A DNA stretch of 60,779 bases from Candidatus Zixiibacteriota bacterium (GTDB taxonomy: Bacteria; Zixibacteria; MSB-5A5; GN15; FEB-12): the NCBI GenBank assembly GCA_041742355.1, contig JBGSIV010000121.1, positions 1 through 60,779 of the forward strand, written 5' to 3'. The position numbers and the translations under genes are program-made. Of this stretch, positions 45,263-53,433 are shown piece by piece. The notes under the pieces were generated by a model. That model did no database searches and was not told where the DNA came from. It saw only the letters and a list, made by a program, of their open reading frames with translations. The stretch's first letter is position 1. Every line of letters begins with the position of its first letter.

Positions 45263-45293
45263 GGAGAAACCCCTTCCGCTAGAGGCCTGTTTG

Positions 45294-45794
45294 TCAGTCA
45301 GGTTCGATCAAGAAGAGGACTTGCCCGAACTCCACGGGCTCCGCATTCTGCACCAGGACCTTTGCGATGCGACCGCCGACCTCGCTCTCGATCTCATTCA
45401 TCAGTTTCATCGCCTCCACGATACACACGACCTGCCCGACACGGATCTTCTGGTTCACCGTGACGTACGGATCGGCGTCCGGAGCCGGGGCCGCATAGAA
45501 CGTCCCGACCATTGGCGACTTCACTGGTACATATCGGCTTTCCTCGGCCGATACTTGAGCGGGCGATGTCCCGGCGGCCTCCGCTGCTGGCGCGGAAGCT
45601 ACAGGCGCGGAAGAGGTTACATGGGCGCGAGCGGGCGCGGCGGCAACCGCCACAATTTCCGCCCCCTGCCCGTTGGATGACGCGCTGGATCGATGGATAA
45701 TCTTCACCTTGCGGCCCCAGCTGTGGACCTCCAGCGACTCGATATCCGATTCCTCGACCAGGCGGATTAACTTGCGGATGTAATTTTCGTTCAT
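45294..45794 (-). CDS. accB: Biotin carboxyl carrier protein of acetyl-CoA carboxylase
   Basis: Biotinyl-lysine motif EAMKLMNEIE and an Ala/Pro linker. The start at 45794 (MNENYIRKLIRLVEES) is preferred because GAGGA lies 9 nt upstream. The track start at 45803 is also possible. Confidence 0.9.
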   Translation of the reverse strand: MNENYIRKLIRLVEESDIESLEVHSWGRKVKIIHRSSASSNGQGAEIVAVAAAPARAHVTSSAPVASAPAAEAAGTSPAQVSAEESRYVPVKSPMVGTFYAAPAPDADPYVTVNQKIRVGQVVCIVEAMKLMNEIESEVGGRIAKVLVQNAEPVEFGQVLFLIEPD

Positions 45795-46048
45795 GCTGAA
45801 CATTCCTCACCCGGGGTGAATGACGTCCCAGCGACTGCCGGTTTCCCTCCGGCCGCCGGGATCCATCCTGTGTACGACAGATGTCCTCATCTGCCGCATA
45901 GAGGCTCCTGTGCCACGGTCCCGCTCTTCGGTTCCGTGCGGTCTCTTCGTGGTGCCGGACAGTCCCGCCCGACACCTCCTCTACTCGGAAGAACTCAAAC
46001 ACGCTCCCCGGCTGCACTCTCGCGGCCGGGTCTAATACCTCACGCGTA

Positions 46049-46078
46049 AGTATACCATCCCCCGATTTACAGCTCCAA
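46049..46078 (-). promoter_or_regulatory. Candidate sigma70-type promoter with extended -10 for accB
   Basis: Minus strand: TTGGAG, 18 nt (ending in TGG), then TATACT, so the extended -10 reads TGGTATACT. It would give a ~240-nt leader. Prediction from sequence only. Confidence 0.3.
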
Positions 46079-46289
46079 CAAGTTTTTTGCCCCCCAATCG
46101 GCACATCCTGACGGATTTTGTCACCCCTCCTCCTGACCCTTTTCCAACAGCTCTTCGGTCCGCCGAACCGACCCGACAGCCGAAAGCCAGACACCCTCGG
46201 GCGCCTGGCTTTCACACTTCTCGTGACCGGTCGCGGAGCAAAGTAACGGAGTACCCCACAGCTTGCTGTGGGTTCCCTCAATCCGATGC

Positions 46290-47363
46290 TTACAGCTCCA
46301 GAAGCTCCTTCGGCGCCTTGTTCAGCACCTTCCCCCCGTTCTTCGTCACCCAAACGTCGTCTTCGATCCGCACGCCTCCCCAACCCGAGATGTAAATCCC
46401 CGGTTCGACCGTGACGACATTCCCCGGCTTGAGCACATCCGGCGAGAGCGGCGACAGCCGCGGCCCGACATGCACGTAGTATCCGATTCCGTGCCCGGTG
46501 CCGTGCCCGAATTCCTTCCCGTACCCGGCCTTGGTAATGATATTCCGGCAGGCCTCGTCGACCGCTTTCCCTTTGACTCCCGCCTTGACCTTCTTCACGC
46601 CGGCCATCTGCGCCTTGAGCACGATCTTGTAGATCTTCTTCTGGCGCTGGCTCGCTTTCCCCACCACGACCGTCCGGGTGATGTCCGACACGTAGCCCCC
46701 GACCGTCGCGCCAAAGTCAAACGTGACGAAATCCCCCTTCGCCAGCTTCTTGGTCGAGGCCACGCCGTGCGGCATCGCCGACCGGTAGCCGCTGGCCACG
46801 ATCGTCTCGAACGCCGGTTTCTCCGATCCGAGCATCATCATCTGGTATTCGAGTTCGGCCGCCAGCTCGCTTTCGCGGACTCCCGGCGCGACAAGGTTGA
46901 GGATCCGCTCGAACGCGGTGTCCGAGATCGCCACCGCCTTCTTGATCAGCCCGATTTCTTCGCTGTCTTTCACCCAGCCCAGTTCGGCGAGGAACTCGTC
47001 GGCCTTCGGCAGCAGCACATGTCCCCAGACCTCCTGGAGCTTGTTGTGCTGGGCCAGCGTGAGGTGGCCGGTGTCGATCCCGTAGCGGTGGTTCTTTTGC
47101 GCCAGTTTCGTGAAGTCCTTGAGGCTGTCGATCAGATCCCCTTTGGCGATATTGACCCGCGCCCCTTTGACCTGCTCTTTGGACTGGTCGACATAGCGGA
47201 AGTCGGTGAAGAAGTCCGCCTGGGTCGGTCCGATTACGAGCAGCCCCGCGCTGCCGGTGTAGCCGGTGAGATACCGCACGTAATCGCCGTGGTTGACAAT
47301 CATTCCGTCGAGGTTGCTCTCGCGGAGTTTCTTCCGCAGTTCGTTAATCCGTTTGACTGACAT
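46290..47363 (-). CDS. Xaa-Pro aminopeptidase (M24B family)
   Basis: From the ATG at 47363 (AAAGGAA upstream): MSVKRINELRKKLRES... with metal ligands in DFGATVGGYVSDITRT, HGTGHGIG and VEPGIY/IED. The track ORF's Arg-rich 43-aa leader is unlikely to be real. Confidence 0.85.
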   Translation of the reverse strand: MSVKRINELRKKLRESNLDGMIVNHGDYVRYLTGYTGSAGLLVIGPTQADFFTDFRYVDQSKEQVKGARVNIAKGDLIDSLKDFTKLAQKNHRYGIDTGHLTLAQHNKLQEVWGHVLLPKADEFLAELGWVKDSEEIGLIKKAVAISDTAFERILNLVAPGVRESELAAELEYQMMMLGSEKPAFETIVASGYRSAMPHGVASTKKLAKGDFVTFDFGATVGGYVSDITRTVVVGKASQRQKKIYKIVLKAQMAGVKKVKAGVKGKAVDEACRNIITKAGYGKEFGHGTGHGIGYYVHVGPRLSPLSPDVLKPGNVVTVEPGIYISGWGGVRIEDDVWVTKNGGKVLNKAPKELLEL

Positions 47364-47697
47364 GGTATCCGTTCCTTTAAAGCGTGTCTCTGTTTGTCTC
47401 GATCTAATCACTCCAATACGCCTGTGTCGACCCAACCGGCTCCGGCAGGATCCGCATCCTGCACTGCCCCCGCGATGTCGGCGCGATCCCAACCCCGCGC
47501 TACACAGAACCTTCGGCCCGACGACACCAGACTATCCAAGGTACCCTCGCCGTACTGCAAAAGCAAGTGTCTCGGTGCTCACCGGCGAATGGACACAGGA
47601 TGTTCTTGACCAAATCATCCATTTTCCCTATCATACCAAATAGAAGCAGGGTAATCGCGTCCCCTTGGACAAACCGCCGACATAAGGGGCAGATCTG

Positions 47698-50115
47698 ATG
47701 AATCGCATTTCGCTTGCACTCATTCTCTGCCTGCTCGCAACAGGCAATGTCTCCGCTGACAACAGGGCCAGCGCCAAATCTGCCGTGCCGACAGTCGCCG
47801 ATGTCCTCACGCCCGAAGGCCAATTCGATCTCAACGTCATCCGAAATATCGGGTATGAAGGACCGGTCAATCTCGAAGGATTCCAATCCACCCTCGACCC
47901 CGCCATCGGTGCACCGATCTTGCGACCGGCGGCCGAACCCGTCGCCGCCGATCATCCCGACGATATATATTGGGACAACCGCATCTCCCCGTCTATCGGA
48001 GGCGCAAATGATGGTGTCTTCGCTGCGGCTGTTTATGACGGCACCCTCATCATTGCGGGATCATTTACAGTGGTGGGAAACGTGGCCGCCAGCGGTGTCG
48101 CCTCGTGGAACGGTTCGGCGTGGGCGCCGCTTGGGTCGGGGCTCGGGGGAATCGACCCCGTCGGATGGGCACTGACTGTATTTGATGGCAAGTTGATTAT
48201 CGGGGGCCATTTTTCAGTAGCCGGAGGAGAGCCCTGCGGCAATGTTGCGGCCTGGAACGGCTCCGGCTGGTCGACGCTGGGATCGGGAGTAGACGTCTAC
48301 GTAACGTCTCTGACCGTCTTCAACGGACAGCTCGTTGCAGGGGGGCGCTTTACTACCGCCGGCGGATTACCGGCTGCCAACGTCGCATCCTGGGATGGCG
48401 CCGCCTGGTCTCCCCTCGGACCGGAAGTGAATGGCGACGTCCGTGCTCTTGCCACACACAATGGGAATCTCATTGCCGGTGGTGCCTTCACCGGAAGAGA
48501 AGACTCCAGTAGGTTTTGCGTCGCCTCCTGGGATGGCGCCAACTGGACCGCTCTTGGGCTGGGCCGACAATCTCTGGACGGCGTCAGCGCCCTCACCGTC
48601 TATGACGGCGCGTTGATTGCAGGGGGGGAGTTCAATCTGATCGATAGCACTGACACAGCCTATGTTGCCTCCTGGGATGGTCACGCGTGGGTGGATTTGA
48701 CCGAGGGGCTGCATTTCGATGCTCTTGCCCTGACTGTCTACGAGGGCCGACTGATCGCTGGAGGAAGATTGAATGAAGCGGGCTACCCTAAGCTGGCCGC
48801 ATGGAACGGATCCGTTTGGTTGCCCTTGGAATCAGAACCCCAGTGCAGTTCGATCCGCACTCTGACGACATCTGACGGCCGGCTGATCGCAGGAGGAATG
48901 GGATGGCAAAACATTGCCTCCTGGGACGGTTTTGCCTGGATATCGCTTGGATTCGGTTTCGAAGCCGACGTGAAGGCCCTCACTGTATATGACGGCCACC
49001 TGATCTCGGGCGGCCCGTTTCTAACCGCTCCGGGCGGAGTCGCGGCGAATCACATCGCTGCCTGGGATGGTTCCTCCTGGGCGCCGCTCGGCACCGGAAC
49101 AAACGATCAGGTGCTGTGCCTCCTCGTTTATCGCGGCAGACTCATTGCCGGAGGCTCCTTCACCGTCGCCGGTGGGGTCGCGGCGAATCACATCGCTGCC
49201 TGGAATGGCAGTGCATGGGAACCTTTGGGCACGGGTACGGATAGTGTGGTCATGGCCTTGACCGTCTACGGCGGACTCCTGATTGCATCGGGCAATTTCG
49301 CCGTAGCCGGCGAAACATCTGCACGCAAGATCGCCGCATGGGACGGTTCCTCGTGGTCGTCGCTGGGTTCGGGCCTCGACCGTTATTCGGATGAACTGGT
49401 TGTGTATGACGGCAAGCTGATCGTCGCAGGCGAATTCCATTACGCCGGCGGCACCTCCGTCAACCACATTGCTTCCTGGGACGGATTCACATGGTCTCCG
49501 CTGGGGCTGGGACTCAACGTCGGACCCGATGCGATGACCGTCTATAGTGGCAAGCTGATCGTCGGCGGCAACTTCTGGAGCGCCGGCGGCATACCCGCGA
49601 GCTTCATTGCATCCTGGGACGGCACCTCCTGGTCCCCCCTACCCGCACGCCCGAATCGGCTCATCTACGCCCTGACCGTCCATCGGGGCAATCTTTTCGC
49701 AGGAGGTCTATTCACTCAGGCGGGTGGCTCGGCAGCCTACCACATCGCCTCCTGGAACGGCGCCTCCTGGTCCCCCCTGGGCTCCGGAATGGACAACGAC
49801 GTCCTCGCGCTCACTGCCTACAACGACACCCTCATTGCCGGCGGACGATTCACCACGGCCGGCGGCAAGGTCTCCGCCTACCTCGCCCGCTGGACCGGGC
49901 CCTGCTGTTCCGTGCCCGGCGATGTTACCAGCGATCACTGGATCAGGATCAACGACCTGACCCTTCTCGTCAAAGCCCTTTTTCACGCCGGTCCCGAACC
50001 GGAATGCACCGAACACGGCGATCTCGACGGTGATCGTTCGATGTCCCTGTCAGACCTCACCTATCTGGTTGCCTACCTCTTCCAAAACGGCACGGCTCCC
50101 ATGCCATGCCCCTGA
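47698..50115 (+). CDS. Secreted Kelch-like beta-propeller repeat protein (13-14 blades) with C-terminal dockerin-like duplicated Ca-binding segment
   Basis: Signal peptide MNRISLALILCLLATGNVSA. Thirteen copies of ..V.ALTVY.G.LIAGG.F..AGG..A..IA.W[DN]G..W..LG.G.. at ~46-48-aa spacing. C-terminus GDVTSDHWIRINDLTLLVKALF ... GDLDGDRSMSLSDLTYLVAYLF. Confidence 0.7.
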   Translation: MNRISLALILCLLATGNVSADNRASAKSAVPTVADVLTPEGQFDLNVIRNIGYEGPVNLEGFQSTLDPAIGAPILRPAAEPVAADHPDDIYWDNRISPSIGGANDGVFAAAVYDGTLIIAGSFTVVGNVAASGVASWNGSAWAPLGSGLGGIDPVGWALTVFDGKLIIGGHFSVAGGEPCGNVAAWNGSGWSTLGSGVDVYVTSLTVFNGQLVAGGRFTTAGGLPAANVASWDGAAWSPLGPEVNGDVRALATHNGNLIAGGAFTGREDSSRFCVASWDGANWTALGLGRQSLDGVSALTVYDGALIAGGEFNLIDSTDTAYVASWDGHAWVDLTEGLHFDALALTVYEGRLIAGGRLNEAGYPKLAAWNGSVWLPLESEPQCSSIRTLTTSDGRLIAGGMGWQNIASWDGFAWISLGFGFEADVKALTVYDGHLISGGPFLTAPGGVAANHIAAWDGSSWAPLGTGTNDQVLCLLVYRGRLIAGGSFTVAGGVAANHIAAWNGSAWEPLGTGTDSVVMALTVYGGLLIASGNFAVAGETSARKIAAWDGSSWSSLGSGLDRYSDELVVYDGKLIVAGEFHYAGGTSVNHIASWDGFTWSPLGLGLNVGPDAMTVYSGKLIVGGNFWSAGGIPASFIASWDGTSWSPLPARPNRLIYALTVHRGNLFAGGLFTQAGGSAAYHIASWNGASWSPLGSGMDNDVLALTAYNDTLIAGGRFTTAGGKVSAYLARWTGPCCSVPGDVTSDHWIRINDLTLLVKALFHAGPEPECTEHGDLDGDRSMSLSDLTYLVAYLFQNGTAPMPCP

Positions 50116-50442
50116 TCTGACGACAGGTACGCACCAGAGAGCACGGCCTGCCGACCCACTCTGTGACTGACCCTTCTTGCCCCTGCCGGCCTCGGCAAAG
50201 TTCATGCTCTCGCAGGTTGCTGACCGGCTCTCGTACGCACCGATCTCGAGTCCCACATTATTGACTTTCGCGTTGGCGCCGATATCAATGGATTCACTGA
50301 TATGCCGACGGATTGACGGACGAGAGTCTCAATCCGACCTCCGTCTGCCTGGTCGATCTCATCGCCGCCGTATCGCTGAAATTGAGGTTGAGTTGATTGG
50401 TAAAGGGGGTAGATGGGAAATGGACGATGCGTTTTATCATCT

Positions 50443-50530
50443 GTCGGGTTTCTCCGCTTCGCGCCTGCGGCGCGCTTCGGAACCCGACCTACGACATCTT
50501 GTCAAGCACCGAGACCGGTGCTTGACCTAC
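50443..50530. repeat. REP-like hairpins with CTAC tails
   Basis: GTCGGGTTTCTCCGCTTCGCGCCTGCGGCGCGCTTCGGAACCCGACCTAC and GTCAAGCACCGAGACCGGTGCTTGACCTAC. Confidence 0.85.
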
Positions 50531-50630
50531 CGGCCTCTCTGTCCTCCTGGGCTTGTGCTTGTTCACGGGCACGGTCGGACTGCGCGTCGCCTCTCCAGAT
50601 TGAAGACCCAGTGTGCTTCTCTAGGCACAT

Positions 50631-51926
50631 TCAACGAGCTGTATCTTGGCTTCCCGGATCTTGGGCCTGCTGCAAGAGCACAGCAATATCTTTGAAGCCC
50701 TTCTCCATAGCAACCTCCATAGCCGTTCGGTTGTCTGTCGAGCGAATGCCGGCATCTGCCCCTTTAGCCAAGAGCAGTTCAACTACCTCGAGGTGGCCGT
50801 GGTACACTGCTGTCAAGAGGGGAGTGAGACCATAAGCGCCCGGCGTGCGAGCAGCATTGACATCGGCTCCAACTTCCAGCAACAACCGGGCGATCTCCAC
50901 ATGACCCTCTTCGCATGCTGGATGCAGCGGTGTGCCACCATCCGTCGTGGCAGCATTAACATCGGCGCCCGCGGACAGCAACAACTTGACAATGGTCGTC
51001 TGGCCTTCCAACGAGGCAGCCCACAGGGGAGTGAAACCGATCGTCCCACACCGGGCGTCGGCATCAGCCCCGGCTGTTAGCAGCGTCTTGACTACTTCGA
51101 CATGCCCGTCTGCAGCCGCTACTGACAGCGGGGTCCAACCCGATGATCCCGCTGCCTCAATATCCGCCTTCGCTCCTACCAGCAGTTGTGCAACTCCGGC
51201 ATGACCGCCTTTGGACGCAGCCCAGAGGGGGCTCTTGCCTACGTTATCTCCAGTGTCGACATCCGCATGTGCAGCCAAAAGCAATTTGACCGTTTCGGTG
51301 TGGCCAAATGACGACGCCGTCAGCAGTGGGCTTCTTCCAGAGCTATCTCTGGAGTTGACATCAGCACCTGCTGCCAAGAGCACAGAAACAATCTCGATGT
51401 GACCGAGGCTCGATGCTATCCAGAGCGGCGTGTTCCCCTCCTCAAAGGCCGCATCGACAGTGGCACCTGCGGCAATTAGCTCCCTGACTATATCTATATT
51501 CCCTTTCTTCGATGCTCTATAAAGTGCTGTCTGCCCACCGAGGGCTACAGCGTTGACATTCGCGCCCGCTGTGAGCAATAGCTTGACTACCTCCAAATGG
51601 CCTTCTGAGGATGCAGTCCAGAGGGGTGTGAGGCTATCCGAAATGCGTGCCGCGTTTACGTTCGCACCGCCATCTATGAGTAACTTTACGATATCCTTGT
51701 CGCCATCCTGCGAAACCATTAGCAGAAGCGTGACACCGTCCCCATAGGTGGCATTCACATCGAACCCTGCCTTCGCCAACCTCTTTTTGATATCACCCGG
51801 ACTAACTCCATCAGGGCTTTTCAGAATGACCCTAACCTCAACTTCCGCGTCATCCTGTGCTCTCACAGTCCCGGCAATACTGGCGAGCAACGTTAGAGCA
51901 ACTATAAGACTGATGCACTTCATCAT
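50631..51926 (-). CDS. Secreted ankyrin-repeat protein (~12 repeats)
   Basis: Signal peptide MMKCISLIVALTLLASIAGTVRA. Repeated 33-aa units of the form G.TPL..A...GH.E.VKLLL.AGADVNA. Confidence 0.85.
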   Translation of the reverse strand: MMKCISLIVALTLLASIAGTVRAQDDAEVEVRVILKSPDGVSPGDIKKRLAKAGFDVNATYGDGVTLLLMVSQDGDKDIVKLLIDGGANVNAARISDSLTPLWTASSEGHLEVVKLLLTAGANVNAVALGGQTALYRASKKGNIDIVRELIAAGATVDAAFEEGNTPLWIASSLGHIEIVSVLLAAGADVNSRDSSGRSPLLTASSFGHTETVKLLLAAHADVDTGDNVGKSPLWAASKGGHAGVAQLLVGAKADIEAAGSSGWTPLSVAAADGHVEVVKTLLTAGADADARCGTIGFTPLWAASLEGQTTIVKLLLSAGADVNAATTDGGTPLHPACEEGHVEIARLLLEVGADVNAARTPGAYGLTPLLTAVYHGHLEVVELLLAKGADAGIRSTDNRTAMEVAMEKGFKDIAVLLQQAQDPGSQDTAR

Positions 51927-52031
51927 GTCACCTCACCTCTCATTGCAGACAGCCACTGCTTGTCTAATCGCAGTCCCCTTAATGAAAGTCACGTGCCTCT
52001 CGTTCCTGTAACGAACCGACACCAAGTCCCC

Positions 52032-52781
52032 TCATGCTTTCCCCTCAGCCTTCTCCAGCTTTTCCTGCAACCGAGGCGACGGCCGCTTCGCGATCAACGC
52101 CCGATACACCTCCGCAGCCAGTCGATTGTGCCCCTGCGCGAGGTACAGATCCCCCATCGTCTCGGTATAGAACGGAATCGCCCGGAGTTTCCCCCGGTCC
52201 GCTGTCACCGATGCCGCTTCCGGCTCGCGGCGCAGCGTGATCGTCTTCGTCGCCGCTTTCGCCGCCGACGCTTTCATGACCATGATCCTGGAATTGTCCG
52301 CCACCGGTTCCTCCGTCTGCGTTGCTCCATCGGCCTGACCGCCGCCCGCGTCGACCGCTCCTTTGACCGGGCTGCACAATTCCCGGCACCAGGGATCGAT
52401 TTCGAGAACCCGCCCGTAGTGGGCCAACGCGGCGTAGTGATCCCCTTCGGCGTGTTTGATATCGCCGAGGTTCTTCAGCGCCACGAGATTCTCGGGATCG
52501 CGCGCCAGCACCTGGTAGAACTGCTCTGCGGCCGATTCGACCTGCCCCGCGCGGTAGAGTGCCTGCGCGTATATGACTCGCCCGGACACGACTGAGGGCT
52601 CCTCGGCCAATCCCAACCGACACACCTCGACTGCCCGGGAGTACTTTCCATCCGCGAGAAACCTGGCTGCAACTGCCGGCCAGTATCCCTTCGCCGCCAT
52701 CCGTTCGACCGTCGGCGGCTGTTTCGTTGCCTTGAGTTCAAACATCGAGGCAAAGGTAGGGGAAGAACGGGAAAAAGGCAA
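52032..52781 (-). CDS. TPR-repeat protein
   Basis: TPR-like helix pairs (AEQFYQVLARDPENLVALKNLGDIKHAEGDHYAALAHYGRVLEIDP; GDLYLAQGHNRLAAEVYRALIAK). Start uncertain. Confidence 0.6.
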   Translation of the reverse strand: MPFSRSSPTFASMFELKATKQPPTVERMAAKGYWPAVAARFLADGKYSRAVEVCRLGLAEEPSVVSGRVIYAQALYRAGQVESAAEQFYQVLARDPENLVALKNLGDIKHAEGDHYAALAHYGRVLEIDPWCRELCSPVKGAVDAGGGQADGATQTEEPVADNSRIMVMKASAAKAATKTITLRREPEAASVTADRGKLRAIPFYTETMGDLYLAQGHNRLAAEVYRALIAKRPSPRLQEKLEKAEGKA

Positions 52782-52936
52782 GGGGGGACGCGACTTCGGC
52801 CGGCAAGGTCATCCGGTTATCCGCCGGCTGTCGGGAAAGCAACAGCCCGGCCGGTTCTCGCTTGGATTCAACCCGATTCGCCGTATATTGCGTGCAGAGC
52901 CGACAGCACATCAGTATTACAGCATGCAGGGAATAC

Positions 52937-53353
52937 ATGTCAGGACGCAAAAAGAAGTTCCCGTGCGGTCACTCCGGTCGCGGCCAATACTGCCACCGGT
53001 GCCGCGAAGAAGAACTTGAGCGGCAGGTCGAGACCGAGAACCGCCTCCGTCGCGGGCAGGCGAAGTTGGAATGGGAAACGAAGCTTGCCGATTCGCCGGT
53101 CAGCCTCACCGACATCCCCCGGCACGTTGCGGAGAAGGCGCTGGAGGTCATCGCCGATCTCCGCAAACCGCCTGCACAGCGCCGCTTCACCGGGAGGCGG
53201 CTGACCACCATAGGACAACGGGACATCGTCCGTTTCGAAATCGGCTGGTCGTACCGGCTGATCTGCCGTGAGAACGGCGACGGCCTCCAATTCCTGGAGG
53301 TGATTTCGCACGAAACCTATAACACGCGCCTCGCCTCAGGCGGCTGGCGGTAG
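52937..53353 (+). CDS. Hypothetical protein: N-terminal Cys/His knuckle + coiled coil fused to a RelE/ParE-like toxin-fold C-terminus
   Basis: From the ATG at 52937: MSGRKKKFPCGHSGRGQYCHRCREEELERQ... The C-terminus IVRFEIGWSYRLICRENGDGLQFLEVISHETYN follows the RelE/ParE pattern (R.R.G.YR.iy....d.l.il.v.h...Y). Confidence 0.45.
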   Translation: MSGRKKKFPCGHSGRGQYCHRCREEELERQVETENRLRRGQAKLEWETKLADSPVSLTDIPRHVAEKALEVIADLRKPPAQRRFTGRRLTTIGQRDIVRFEIGWSYRLICRENGDGLQFLEVISHETYNTRLASGGWR

Positions 53354-53433
53354 ACGCGCTTTCGCTCCTCAGAGGCCGAGTGGTTCTCGCCGGCGCAGAC
53401 TGAAGACGAAAGAGGTAATAGCATCTCCCCCTC

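Noticed and set aside
45804-46289. Degraded efp pseudogene between pepP and accB.
   Set aside because: The gap is shorter than efp, and none of the three minus-strand frames shows EF-P-like motifs (e.g. the KPGKG loop).
45394-46383. 329-aa minus-strand ORF spanning accB and the accB-pepP spacer.
   Set aside because: It is out of frame with the well-supported accB (EAMKLMNEIE motif), has an Arg-rich composition, and crosses REP hairpins.
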